The notes beneath the pieces were generated by a model. The model did no database searches, had not been told where the DNA came from, and was given only the letters and a program-made list of their open reading frames with translations. 64,000 nt of DNA from Octopus vulgaris (lineage: Eukaryota): assembly GCA_951406725.2 (NCBI GenBank), contig OX597818.1:93930001-93994000 (forward strand), given 5' to 3'. Positions 25,803 through 39,154 of the stretch are shown piece after piece (positions within the stretch are counted from its first letter, which is position 1; every line of letters starts with the position of its first letter). The translations under genes and the position numbers were made by a program.

Positions 25803-28800
25803 ATGGCTGACCGTTCACAATATCCAGATGATCTAAACGAGGAATTAGAGCTTGCTACATCACGTCAGCTACATAGTCCAAAATATGTATCAGAATATCA
25901 CTTCAATGTAAGGCCATCACAACTACATCGAAATTTACTGGAACCTGACAATGCAGATCAAACACATAGATCATCATATGCATCACCACGTCATTCCATG
26001 TCTCCGTATAGGTCCAGACATTCACTACCACGCTGGAGCAGATCAATGCCATCATTTCGAGATGATTTATATCGTACTTATCCACTGAGTCTTGCAACTA
26101 GTAGAAAACTGGCACCCATATTTCTACATAATTTAACCTATCAAGGGTACTCTACTGCCTACACAACACCATCACCGGATGGATTGCAACGTCTATCTGA
26201 ACAAAAAGTATCTCCTCTCGTAACATGGGACCTTGATACTTCGAGACAGAGTCGTGATATTTCGAGGTATGGGCCAAGCACGGCATCAAGACATACGGCA
26301 AGACGTTTTCATAGCACCAGTACATTACCGACAGAAAAAACAGAATTCCGTCATACTCGCATTGAGAGCTTTAGGAATAGCACACCACAACGACATGGGA
26401 CATCAAGTTTACGTATCAGAAGCCCATCAACATCAGAACCACCATTTCATGATAGTCATATTTCGAGCTCTGAACAAAGCTCAGAGTCACGATATTCGTT
26501 ACCAATCCACCTTGGTAACAGTTCAGAGGAATATAGGGCACGTGACTTACATTCAACAGATACAATTTCTGATCTTGGAGAATTTGAACATATAGTATCT
26601 CCTGATTCTTCGAGAGGGACTCCTGATTCTGACGACTATTTTACGGCATTCGGAGAAGATGCACATAATCCAGATTCGTCAAGTGGGTCATGTTTTTCAG
26701 ATTATATCGGTGAAATGGAACCTCTGTCAGAAAATGAAATAAGGTCTCATCTCTTAAACAGAGTGTGGGATAGTGCATTTTATCGTCAATATTCTCGAAG
26801 CCAGAGAGTTTCGCGAATTAGACCTGAAATGCCAAACGTTGGACAATGTGTATTTGAACAACAAATATCCCCTGACGCAACGCGGGATGCTGACACAAGG
26901 CCGGACACTGATGCAACGGGGGAACCTGACGTAACACGGGACCCTGACGCTTCCAGACAAACTCGTGATTCTGATGACAATTTGGCATCATTTGGAGAAG
27001 ATGCACGTAGTCTAGATTCGTCAAGTGGGTCATGTTTTTCAGATTATATCGGTGAAATGGAACATCTGTCAGCGGATGAAATTAGGTCCCATCCGTTAAA
27101 CAGAGTGTGGGATAGAGCATTTTATCCTCGAAATCCTCCGAACAATAGAGTTTCGCGAATTATACCTGAAATGCCAAACGTTGAACAATGTGTATTTGAA
27201 CAACAAATATCTCCTGACGCAACGCGGGATCCTGAAACAACGCGGGACACTGACGCAGCACTGGACTCTGACACTTCCAGACGAACTCGTGACTCTGTTG
27301 ACTATTTGGCAGCATTTGGAGAAGATGCACATAATCCAGATTCGTCAAGTGGGTCATGTTTTTCAGATTATATCGGTGAAATGGAAGCTCTGTCTGCGAA
27401 TGAAATAAGGTCTCATCCCTTAAGCAGGCTGTGGGATATAGCAATTTATCGTCGATATCCTCGAAGCCAGAGAGTTTCGCGGATTAGACCTGAAATGCCA
27501 AACGTTGAACAATGTGTATTTGAACAACAAATATCTCCTGACGCTATGCGGGATGCTGACACAAGGCGGGACCGTGACACAACGCGGGACCCTGACGCAG
27601 TGAGCGACCCTGACACTTCCAGACGAACTCGTGACTCTGATGACTATTTGGCAGCATTTGGAGAAGATGCACATAGTCCAGATTCGTCAAGTTGGTCATG
27701 TTTTTCAGATTATATCGGTGAAATGGAAGCTCTGTCTGCGAATGAAATAAGGTCTCACCCCTTAAGCAGGCTGTGGGATAGAGCATTTTATCGTCGATAT
27801 CCTCTAGGCCAGAGAGTTCCACGAATTAGACCTGAAATGCCAAACGTTGGACAATGTGTATTTGAACAACAAATATCTCCTTACGCAACGCGGGATGCTG
27901 ACACAACGCGGGACAATGATGGAACGCGGGACCCTGACGCAACACAGGACCCTAATACTTCCAGACGAACTCGTGATTCTGACGAATATTTGGCAGCATT
28001 TGGAGAAGAAGCACGTAGTCCAGATTCGTCAAGTGGGTCATATTTTTCAGATTTTATCGATGAAATGGAACATCTGTCAGCGGATGAAGTAAGGTCTCAC
28101 CCCTTAAACAGGCTGTGGGATAGAGCATTTTATCGTCAATACCCTCGAAGCCAGAGAGTTTCGCGAATTAGACCTGAAATGCCAAACGTTGGACAATGTG
28201 TATTTGAACAACAAATATCTCCTGACGCAACGCAGGATGCTGACACAACGCGGGATGCTGACACAACGCGGGATGCTGACACAACGCGAGACCGTGACAT
28301 AACGTGGGAACCTAACGTAGCACGGGATTCTGACACTTCCAGACGAACTCGTGACTCTGATGACTGTTTGACAGCATTTGGAGAAGATGCACATAGTCCA
28401 GATTCGTCAAGTGGGTCATGTTTTTCAGATTATATTGGTGAAATGGAAGCTCTGTCAGTGGATGAAATAAGGTCTCATCCCTTAAGCAGGCTGTGGGATA
28501 GAGCATTTTATCGTCAATATCCTCCAGGCCAGAGAGTTCCTCGAATTAGACCTGAAATGCCAAACGTTGAACAATGTGTATTTGAACAACAAGTAATACC
28601 TCTCGTTGCACGGGACTCTGATATCTCGAGGGAAAGAAGAACAGGAGTTCGTCGTCGTCTCTTTGAGAGCACCGGGAGAAGCACACCAACACGGGATAGA
28701 ACATCAAGTTTACATAGCATCAATTCGTTATCACCAGTGCCATCATTTCGTGATCATCGTGTTTCGAGCCCTGAGCAAAGCTCATCGCCACGATATTCGT

Positions 28801-29822
28801 TACCAAGACCACTTCGCAGCACTTCAGAGGAATATAGTGCACGTCACTCTCAAACGACAGATTCAAGTTCTGATACTGAACAATTTGAACATCTAGTATG
28901 TCATGACTCAACACAGGTCTTTGACACTTTGAGACAAATATTTGACGATGATTTGGCTGCATTTGGAGATGAATATATTCCACGGCCAGAGAGTGATTCC
29001 TCAAGTGGTTCATGTTTTGCAGATTATGTCGGTCAACTTAATCCTCTCTCAGCGGATGAAATACAATCTCATTTCTTAAATATGGTGTGGCATACAGCAT
29101 TTTATCAGCGAAATGCTCTAAGCCAGAGATTTTCGGCAATTAGGCCTGAGATGCCATTAGTTGATCAATGTCTATTTCAACAAGCAACAGAGGAATCTGA
29201 TGTCTCGAGATGGAGTTATGAATCTTCGAGCGATGAGCCAAGCGCATCATCAGGATATACGGCTAGTCCCTTTGAGAGCACCGGGAGAAGCGCACCAACA
29301 CGAGATAGAACATCAAGTTTACGTAGCATCAATTCGTTATCACCAGTGCCATCATTTCGTGATCATCGTATTTCGAGCCCTGAGCAAAGCTCATCGCCAC
29401 GATATTCGTTACCAAGACCACTTCGCAGCACTTCAGAGAAATATAGTGCACGTCACTCTCAAACGACAGGTACAAGTTCTGATACTGAACAATTTGAACA
29501 TCTAGAATCGCGTGACTCAACACAGGACTTTTACACTTTGAGACAATTATTTGACGATGATTTGGTTGCATTAGGAGATGAATATATTCCACGGCCAGAG
29601 AGTGATTCCTCAAGTGGTTCATGTTTTGCAGATTATGTCGGTCAACTTAATCCTCTCTCAGCGGATGAAATACAACCTCATTTCTTAAACAGGGTGTGGC
29701 ATACAGCATTTCATCAGCGAAATGCTCTAAGCCAGAGATCTTCGGCAATTAAACCTGAAATGCCATTAGTTGATCAATGTCTATTTCAACAACAAGTAAT
29801 ACCGCCCGTTGCACGGGACTGA
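25803..29822 (+). CDS. P3: intronless Ser/Asp/Arg-rich repeat protein, about 1339 aa (ORF track starts at 25641; true start uncertain)
   Basis: 4-kb open frame; six tandem modules spaced 324-378 bp and two repeats offset by 609 bp; AATAAA near 29933. Confidence 0.8.
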   Translation: MADRSQYPDDLNEELELATSRQLHSPKYVSEYHFNVRPSQLHRNLLEPDNADQTHRSSYASPRHSMSPYRSRHSLPRWSRSMPSFRDDLYRTYPLSLATSRKLAPIFLHNLTYQGYSTAYTTPSPDGLQRLSEQKVSPLVTWDLDTSRQSRDISRYGPSTASRHTARRFHSTSTLPTEKTEFRHTRIESFRNSTPQRHGTSSLRIRSPSTSEPPFHDSHISSSEQSSESRYSLPIHLGNSSEEYRARDLHSTDTISDLGEFEHIVSPDSSRGTPDSDDYFTAFGEDAHNPDSSSGSCFSDYIGEMEPLSENEIRSHLLNRVWDSAFYRQYSRSQRVSRIRPEMPNVGQCVFEQQISPDATRDADTRPDTDATGEPDVTRDPDASRQTRDSDDNLASFGEDARSLDSSSGSCFSDYIGEMEHLSADEIRSHPLNRVWDRAFYPRNPPNNRVSRIIPEMPNVEQCVFEQQISPDATRDPETTRDTDAALDSDTSRRTRDSVDYLAAFGEDAHNPDSSSGSCFSDYIGEMEALSANEIRSHPLSRLWDIAIYRRYPRSQRVSRIRPEMPNVEQCVFEQQISPDAMRDADTRRDRDTTRDPDAVSDPDTSRRTRDSDDYLAAFGEDAHSPDSSSWSCFSDYIGEMEALSANEIRSHPLSRLWDRAFYRRYPLGQRVPRIRPEMPNVGQCVFEQQISPYATRDADTTRDNDGTRDPDATQDPNTSRRTRDSDEYLAAFGEEARSPDSSSGSYFSDFIDEMEHLSADEVRSHPLNRLWDRAFYRQYPRSQRVSRIRPEMPNVGQCVFEQQISPDATQDADTTRDADTTRDADTTRDRDITWEPNVARDSDTSRRTRDSDDCLTAFGEDAHSPDSSSGSCFSDYIGEMEALSVDEIRSHPLSRLWDRAFYRQYPPGQRVPRIRPEMPNVEQCVFEQQVIPLVARDSDISRERRTGVRRRLFESTGRSTPTRDRTSSLHSINSLSPVPSFRDHRVSSPEQSSSPRYSLPRPLRSTSEEYSARHSQTTDSSSDTEQFEHLVCHDSTQVFDTLRQIFDDDLAAFGDEYIPRPESDSSSGSCFADYVGQLNPLSADEIQSHFLNMVWHTAFYQRNALSQRFSAIRPEMPLVDQCLFQQATEESDVSRWSYESSSDEPSASSGYTASPFESTGRSAPTRDRTSSLRSINSLSPVPSFRDHRISSPEQSSSPRYSLPRPLRSTSEKYSARHSQTTGTSSDTEQFEHLESRDSTQDFYTLRQLFDDDLVALGDEYIPRPESDSSSGSCFADYVGQLNPLSADEIQPHFLNRVWHTAFHQRNALSQRSSAIKPEMPLVDQCLFQQQVIPPVARD

Positions 29823-30184
29823 TATCTCGAGACGGTGTTGTGATGCTTTGAGCCATGAGCCAAGTCCACCATCAGGATATAGGGTGATAAGTTTTCAAAG
29901 CATCAGTACGATCATTGAGGAAAGGTTATTTGAATAAAATGAACATTTTCAATTAAATATAACTGAAAAAGATATATTGTATTTTAATATGAAAAAATGC
30001 ACAAACTTCTGAAATTATCTCCATATAATAATGGCCGATACAACATTATATAGGAAGAGAAGGGACCATAAAATAGAGAAAGAGAGCGAGATAAAGAAAG
30101 AGATAATGAAAGTTAATATGGGAGGTGCGCGATGCTTACACTTACAAGACTTAGTTGTAATAGTCAACAATGAGTCAAGGTACA

Positions 30185-30228
<44 letters not shown>

Positions 30229-30532
30229 TCACTGGCTCTCACACACACACACACACACACACACATTCACTGGCTCTCTCTCACACACACACAAACACAC
30301 GATTACAGTTAGACAGGAAGAATCTTAGGGACAGAAAAGAAAACGAGGAGGGGCTGTAAATAACAGACAAGTTAAGGGTGGAGTTATACAAATGAGAAAT
30401 TTGTTTTATCTAATTCTATTTTCGGATAATAAATAATATCTTTTGAAAATTGTAATTGATTTCTTCATTCAGTATAAGTACTAAGAGATTTCATAAAAGT
30501 TAGATTATAATTTTACATACAAATTAACAATA

Positions 30533-30880
30533 ACTAGCACTGTGACCCGGCAACGCCGGGTCATAGTGCTAGTGCATGCATATACAGCTGTGTGCGTGCG
30601 CACATACACGCGAGTACTGTCCAAATCTCCGACCAATCACATACAGCTACCTGGAATTCAATTGGCGTATCAAGTTTCGAGCATTTTGATTGGGTTTTGG
30701 ATAGAAAACTCACAAAAAAGTGACTTCTATTGATTTTTTAATGGCTTTGTGGGGTGACTGGGGAAATGTAAAGATGTGCACGACCACCCTTGGACGGTTT
30801 TGAATGACCATAGAAAGTGCGAGCCCTCAACTGAAAAATTGTGGATTTGTATAAAGGACATAGATACAGACATTTTGCCG
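30533..30880 (+). mobile_element. Non-autonomous element with 5' hairpin (Helitron/Helentron-MITE-like)
   Basis: 19-bp stem actagcactgtgacccggc/gccgggtcatagtgctagt (30533-30573) and an acagacattttgccg end. Class assignment is by resemblance only. Confidence 0.5.
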
Positions 30881-31113
30881 TTTGAACTCAGAACGTAACG
30901 GCAGACGAAATACGGCTGGGCGAAATGCGTAGCCGTATTTCGTCTGCCGTTACGTTCTGAGTTCAAATTCCGCCGAGGTCGACTTTGCCTTTCATCCTTT
31001 CGGGGTCGATAAATTAAGTACCAGTTCACTGGGGTCGATGTAATCGACTTAATCCGTTTGTTTGTCCTTGTTTGTCCTCTCTGTGTTTAGCCCCTTGTGG
31101 GTAGTAAAGAAAT
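30881..31113 (+). mobile_element. SINE with an inverted 5' segment
   Basis: Body matches 46829-47059; 30881-30917 is the exact reverse complement of 30931-30967. Confidence 0.85.
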
Positions 31114-31656
31114 ATATATACATAGAGATGAAAATGATAATTTTTTTACCAATGCTCTAGGCATTCAACTTGAAAGAATCAACCTATTAAACGTCGATCT
31201 AGCGAATATTGCGATAACTAACAAGGTGCTAGCTATCAGAATCGTTACCGCACCGGACAAAATACTTAAGGACATTTCGTTCGTCTTTATGTTCAAATTC
31301 CGCCGACGTCGACTTTTTCATTTTATCCTTTCGAGCAGAGAAAATAAGGACTAATCTAGTTTTGAGATCGACCCGCTCCGCTGAAATTGCTGGCCTCGTA
31401 CCAAACTTTGAAGCCAATACTGTAACAATCAACTATCTTTTTAGTTTTTGCTTTAACTTCAAAACCTCGGTACAATATTAACTGCAGTTCAGTAAATCTG
31501 GATGAAATGAAGAGAATGGTGTTTGACAGAAAGTAAAATAAAAGTAAATGTATCACCAGACAATATTATTCACAATCATACACAATCTACTATAGCCTCG
31601 GGCTGACCAAAGCCTTGCGAGTGGATTTGGTAGACAGAAACTGAAAGAAGCCCGTC

Positions 31657-32021
<365 letters not shown>

Positions 32022-32959
32022 TGTGTTTGTCCCCCAACATCACTTGACAACCGATGCTGGTGTGTTTATGTCCCCGTAACTTAGCGGTTCGGCAAAAGAG
32101 ACCGATAGAATAAATACTATGCTTACAAAGAATAAGTCCTGGGGTTGATTTACTCGACAAAAGGCGGTGCTCCAGCATGGCCTCAGTCAAATGACTGAAA
32201 CAAGTAAAAGAGTATAAGAGTAAAATCACTATCATTTCTAAATGACATTGATCAGGCAAACATGAAGTATGGTGTTTCACCATTTATATTGACCTTCTCA
32301 TGTATGAAGCCCAATATTATGAGGACTGGCCTCACCCCTTTATTCATATCTTCGACAGGTACCTTCTATCAACAGAACATAGCCCTCACCGTCCATAACA
32401 TAATTTATGAAGTTTTAATGTATAAAGTCATGTGAAACGGTCAAACAGACATGTAAATACTTTAAAAAGGCAAAAAAAAAGTTCTCAACGAAGTTTTTCA
32501 CGAAAATTTGCACAAATCTGTCCTGATCGAGAGGCCGATCTGTCGCGGAAGGCATGCTCTGACAAGGAATAAATAAAAATTTATATAAAACTGTCTATTA
32601 TAAAAATTACCTGGCAACGATGGGCTATTGATCTAGTGCATGTGTATATATATATATATGAGAAAATGGAGGAAAAGATTCCTTTCAATCATCAACTTAC
32701 AGATAATACCAATTCATATTATTTATTAACTACTTAAATAGGAACATCCAAATCCAACAGAATAAAACAGCATAAAACAATATACATCTAAGATAATACC
32801 ATAAAAATAATACATATAAAATGGATCTTACAGCTGTTTCAGTCTGTAGATAAAGGTATCACATTGTGCCTATATTAGTCATATGTATTGAGGTAATATG
32901 CACTTAAAAATGAGTTACTTATATATATATCCCAAGGCCTTGTCTATATACATATATAT

Positions 32960-33291
32960 GTGCTGGGACCCCCTTCGGTCATGACTAACCATGGGATTGC
33001 ACCTAGAAAGTTACCCTCCCAGGCACAAGTCCGGGCAAAGTTGTTTATGGAAGACCAGCAGTCACCCATGCATACCGGCCTCTCCTCTCCACGGCACCAG
33101 TGTTATCCAAGGGAAAGGCAAAGGCTGATACAGCTTGGTACCTGTGACGTCGCAACTCATTTCTACAGCTGAGTGAACTGAAGCAACGTGAAATAAAGTG
33201 CCTTGTTCAAAGAACACAACACGCAGCCCAGTCCAGGATTCGAACTCACAATCTCACGATCGTAAGCTCGACGCTCTAACCACTGAGCCAT
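32960..33291 (-). mobile_element. tRNA-derived SINE
   Basis: Minus-strand head ggctcagtggttagagcgtcg...gagttcgaatcc (A/B boxes). Confidence 0.75.
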
Positions 33292-33335
33292 GATAATGAT
33301 GGTGATGATGATGATAATATATATGATGATGATGA

Positions 33336-33389
<54 letters not shown>

Positions 33390-33394
<5 letters not shown>

Positions 33395-36300
33395 AAGGGA
33401 GGGGCGATACAAAACAGACATCAAGTGTCGGGGTTTACATGCAATGAAAGGATTAGATATATAAATTTTAAAAAATCATAGAAAGAGGTTTAAGTATACT
33501 TAAACCTCTTTCTATGAAAAGGAAGGGGAATATACATAGTATACAAAGCTTAAGAAAAGAAGGATATAGATGTAGTCCACCTGATACAGGATGACCTCTA
33601 TCGATAATCGAAGAACTCCACTGTCCAAGATCTCCCTGAACACCAAGGGCAAGTAACTTCTCCAATTCCTTTTTCCGATTCAGGTCTACACTTAGAGAGG
33701 TACCACCCACTCTTGCCATCTTTGCAACTTTGGATAAACTCACACGAGGACAGCAATTCCCTCTCCACCCTCAGTTTCCTTTTCCAATGAAACTTGAAGA
33801 AATCAATGAGAGTTCTACCAAAGAAGAATATATTTGTCCTCATGCCTTTCAGCCTCGTCCACCAGACAAACCTCTTTCGCCACAGACATCAGGCAAAGGA
33901 AAACTGCATTCGCTGCCCCATTAAAGGAAGGCAACGGGGCAGTCATCATTATGGACTTGGCCAACAGACGCATACGTTTCATACGTGACAACAGCTGTTA
34001 AACATAACCCCACAAGTTAGCAATACCCGGACACTGAATGAAAGCGTGTACCCGGACACTGAATGAAAGCGTGTAGAACGGTTTCGTCACTCTGCTCGCA
34101 CCTTGGACGATTCTGTATGACAGCACATTCATGCCTATAGAGTTTATCTTGAACTGCATATTATCCATGATAGTTCCCGACCGGAAAGTCCTCATGATAG
34201 ACTGGCCAGTTCATTTTCGTTTCCCCGAGAAAATCGTCGCACTTTCCCGCCACTAATCTTCTAAAATTTCTTAAGCAGAACATACCGACCGGTAGAGGAG
34301 TGTGAGCGCCTGACGACATTCTAGGTGCCAGAAGCCCAGTCATGGTCTTTTCTTAATCCAGGACTGCAGCTCTGTTAAGGAGACAAGCTGTGGAAAGGCG
34401 AGCCTCTCAAACGGAATCCACATACGTTCGCCGTTCAGAAACCGTTGCAGGTGGCGCAACCTAAGGGCGTGTCTGCGCGTTAGAAGCCACGGTATACCTA
34501 ATCCACCACTCAGAAGGTGCTGACAACAGACTGACCGCCTGACCATTGGAACGCGTCTCTTCCACAAAAATGTGAATAGAGACGCTCTAACCTGGTCAAG
34601 TAGTAACCGAGGCAAGGCACGATGGTCAGACGATAAATGGTAATAGAAGCGATGTAGGCATTCGTCACTTCCGCCCGACATTTTAAGGACAGCTTCCTTT
34701 CAGCCCTATTCGTCAACGTTTTCGCTAGCACCTCTGTACATCCCCATTGTCGGGTCCTTCTTCAGCACTGTCACCACATCCGACTAACAACACTAGGAAT
34801 TCTCCTGTTCTGTTGCCAGTTGCGGTAGACGTCTGTCAAAAGGTCACCAAACAAATCTGGCATGAATACATAGAATTCAAAGGGCAGACCATCTAAACCT
34901 GGTTGTTTGCGACTTGTGCAACTGCTCATCGCTTCCCGATTTTCAGCGGCTGTTATCGGCTTTTCACATAACCTTGCATCCGCTGCCGAGAAGCGCAGCA
35001 CGCCGTCCAGGTCCGAACTGAAGTCCGCTATTGTCGTCGATCTTTCGCCCTCCCCAAACAGCTGCGCAAAGTGCTGCTGGAATGCCGCACACATCTGCTC
35101 GGAGCTGAGTAGCACGCGCCCGCTGCAACCCGTCAAAGAGCTGATCGAAAGCTTTCGACTGATCTAAATTGATCAGGGCCTCACCGAAGCTTTAGTCTTT
35201 CTCTACGATGTAGCGCACAAAGCGGAGGTTGCCGTCGATAGACGTGCTCGAGATTTCACACATTTGTGCCTCGCCGACCTGACTGCTGATGACAAATGCC
35301 AACCTTTCCGCTAACACTTGGGCCAGAATCTTAAAATTTGTATTTAGTAGAGTTATGGATCGAAAATTCCCTGACACGTCCCCATTATCGGTGACCTTTC
35401 TCAGCAGCGTTATCATATCTCTGCAAACAGTACTAGGAGTTCTTCCATTCTGCTGCCAGTTATTGTAGACGGCTGCCAAACAAATTTGGCATAAATACAT
35501 AGAATTCACAGGGCAGACCATTCCAAACTGGGCGATTTGCGACTTGTGCATTTGTTCATCCCGCATTTCAGTGACTATAATCGGCGTCTGTTACCAAGAT
35601 CCGTGATAGGCCGTCCGTTACCGTCGCCGACCCATCACCCTCCCAAACAGCCACGCAAAGTACTGCTGGAAAGCCGCACACATTTGCTCAGAACCGAGTG
35701 GCACGCACCCGTCTTTATCCATCAAAGACTTGATCATGGTTTTGTTTCTATTCAGGTCCATCGGACGGCTTTAGTTCCTTCGTATTTTAGCACACGTGTC
35801 TTAGCTCTGACAACGCACCCTTCGTGTTTCGCCTCAAAGAAATGGTCAAATGCGATTCTTACCGCTAACATGTCGGTTGCAATAACATTTCTAATTGCTT
35901 CTTCTCGTTTGTTAACTAGTTCTCCCTCTAATCTAATTCTTTCTATTCGTAAATATTTGCTAAATGCTATCGATTCAACTCTAATCGCTCTCTTCAGAGC
36001 GATCCACCACCGGTTGTTGACAATTGTCCCCATCAACTACCGCTTAACTAGTTCGGTAATCCGGTCCCTGTTTTCTTTGCAAGCCAGTAAGGAAGCATTC
36101 AACTTCCAGTAACCGGGTCTCTGTCTATGGGTCCTATCTGTATCAGTTATGCATATTACAAATTTGTGATTTGTGTAGCCGACCAATTTACATAATGGAA
36201 AACCTATGTTATCCCTGTCCTCTGACCTAACAAATACTCTATCTAAATACTTTCTGGCACATCAGGGAAATCCAGTCAGTACCTGTCAGGAAGCTAGAAA

Positions 36301-37462
36301 GTCCTGAGCAGGTTTTCGTGGGTTTTACACCTTCTTTTCCTATGTACTAAGCCCACACAGTCCTTCCGTGCGTCCAATATACTATTCCAGTCACCCACTA
36401 GTACTAAAGTGTGAGACGTTCCAAGAATATTTTCAGACGCCTGAAGAAATCTGGCCTTCCAGTTCCTGTCGGGGCATAAACCTCCACCAGTCTGAAGGTG
36501 CCATTCACGCTGCCATTCACGTCCAGGAATGCCCAACCATCCGGGTCCAGGAAGACAGCCGTACTTGGCTATCTAAGGATTTCTGGAGTAGTACTGCTAC
36601 ACTGCCACCCGCTCCCGATAGACCACAAGATGAAGATACCTCGTAGTCCTCGAAGATAGATGCTGAAACATGTTTCTGGAGATCCTTGTTTCACTAATGG
36701 TAGCTATGTCTAAATCTAGCGACCGGAGATCATTGAGTAAGTGACCTTGCTTCCAAGCTGAACGCAGTCGAGGATCCGGTCAGGTTACGCCGCTGACCTC
36801 GTGTCGCGTCGCCGCCGGCGCGGCGGACGGGCTAGTCGTCGCTTCCCGATCCGCTATAGGCGACGCGGCGTCACCGAAAGAGAGCGGTACCGTCTGAACC
36901 CAGGCCATGCACATTCGCACACCCCATTCCAGGCACGGTCATGTTCGTCGGAGAAATAAAAAGAAGAGGTTACTCACCTTGATTTTCGATTTTCAGCAGA
37001 TCCTGGCCTTTCTCCTCGCGAAAATTTGTTAAAAGGCCCTTCCAATAGCCTTTTATCAACTGATTTTTTAAAAAAATCCCTGCAGTACATGGGAATTTTT
37101 TCATATAGTTTTAAAAACGTCTGACGATGTTTTAATTAAAAGTCTGTACTTAGGGGTTTTGAAGATGAAATCCTCAAGTTCCTTTCCCTCTGCCTTTATT
37201 TTGTTTTTGCTTTCACTTACAAAATCCATCAATTTATTGTTGAACTTGTTTACAACAGTGAAATTGATGGATACATTTCGTCTATAGTTTGATGAATATT
37301 GTTTTTGAAGTTCTGTAATTGGGTGGTTCTGTGTTTTTGTGATTTCATGCTGTTGTTGATAATGTTACTGTTTTTGAAGTTGTTGGTCTTGTTCTTGTTT
37401 TTGTTGGAGTTGTGGTTTCTGTATATTTTTTTAGGTCTTCGAGTAGGGCTATGTACTCTCCT
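33390..37462 (-). mobile_element. Tx1/L1-clade LINE, decayed (ORF1 tail, endonuclease, RT, C-terminal region)
   Basis: LVLVGDWNSILD, YLDRVFV, PGYWKLNASLL, PGLDGLPFEFY, FRSITLLNTNFKILAQVLAERL, LINLDQSKAFD, GGLGIP. 34740-35140 duplicates 35390-35710. Confidence 0.88.
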
Positions 37463-38957
37463 CCGAGGAAGAACTATTAAAGCTTATTGATGATATGGAC
37501 AAGGAATTGGAAGGAAGAAAGAGAAAGTTTGCGGACATCGCCCGGATGACAATGTGGAGATAAATATAGGAAAATACAAAAAACTATCGGGACTGTTACA
37601 ACGCACAAGTAACCCCCACCCGCAGGAAACAACAAAAATAATAAAAAGTAGAACGGTGATATACAAGACCTACTCGGTCAAAAAAGGTAAAATTGACCAC
37701 ATGGCAACGGAGCAAGTAGAGAAGGTGCTGAGGCCAGTCTGGCAAGAAATAACATACCTTGCCAGAGGGGCGAAATTTGGAGAAGTAGAAGTAAGATATA
37801 AAAATGAAAATACTGCAAAAAACAAAAAAAAAAACATGCGGCAACACCGCTAAGGGACGACGAATTAGTACTTCTATCCACGTATCTGGGACAGAGAGCG
37901 TCTCGGGTAAGGGTAGAAGGAATTCCATCGGAGATAGACGTGGCCTGGATAGCGGCCGCTGTCTTGGCGGAAACCGAGGTCAAAATAACGGTGCTCCAGG
38001 CCATGAAAACGAAAATCATAAATTGGAAAGAACAAATTTTAAACATGATAATTCAAGGATCAAATGAGGCAATTGAAGAAATGGTGGAAACAGTAACGGT
38101 AAACGATACCGTAATGAATGTAAGGGTGGAGGGTAGAATTCCTCGCTGTTTCTAGTGTGGCCAAAAGGGCTACATAAGGGCTACATAAGAGCGAAATGCT
38201 CTCCACCGGATAAAAGAGTGGAAGAATTACAGGAGGAGGACAATAGGGAAAAAAACGCAAGAGAGGCCCCAGGAAGGACCAGAGGCGGAAGAATAGCAAA
38301 AAATGGGAAAAAGAAAGAGAAGGAAGAGGAAGAAAAGTCCGGTACACAAGGAACTTCACCCAATAACTACTCAAGGTCCACCCATATCCTCTTTGTCTCA
38401 CCCTCGCCCTGCAGACACTAAGCCTTCCTATTCCCGTCCATCACAAAAACAAAAGACACACACACACACAATGAATCACAAATATCCTCTCCCTGTTTTG
38501 CATGTTTAATAGAGGATGATGATCTATTTGTAAAGGTAATCAAATGGGAGAACACGGTTTTTGTTCATGTAGTGGATGAGGACGAAAATAACGAGATGGT
38601 GATATTATTAACAGAACGGCAAAAAGTAGAAATAGAGAGGCACAACGGGGATTGTGAACTGTGGAAGGTTGACTTGGACAAAGAAAGGCTTCCACGGAAT
38701 ATAGATTTCATAGAACTGAAAAAGAAGTTTTTCATAGACATAAATGGGGAAGCCAATCACAACCTTCAACAAATTCACAAATTCAAAACAACATTCAACA
38801 ACTCGGCAACTCAACAATACAGCAATTCAACAATTCCGCAATTCAACAAAGCAATAAATAACTCACACAAACTTCAGCAGTCGACTCTGAACTCTGAAAT
38901 CACTCGGATCGTTACTATTTATACTTTACTCAGACCAGTCCATCTCTCGCAAAGGGG
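37463..38957 (+). mobile_element. LINE ORF1 (gag-like) remnant in opposite orientation to the adjacent ORF2
   Basis: RGAKFGEVEVRY, RVRVEGIP, zinc knuckle RCF*CGQKGYIR..C followed by a Lys/Glu-rich tract. Confidence 0.65.
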
Positions 38958-39154
38958 TGTCTTATCTTTCGTCACAACAGGTTATCATACCAGAAGCTTA
39001 TATTTTGTCCACATTCTTCTCGTGGTTTGTCTAATCGTTGACGCGATCTAATTTAAAGGCTTACTAGCATATAACTGATGTTCGTGATCTTCTAGTTACC
39101 TCAACCTTTACAATTTTAAATCTAACGTGTGGTTTTTACCTAGACACATTAGGT

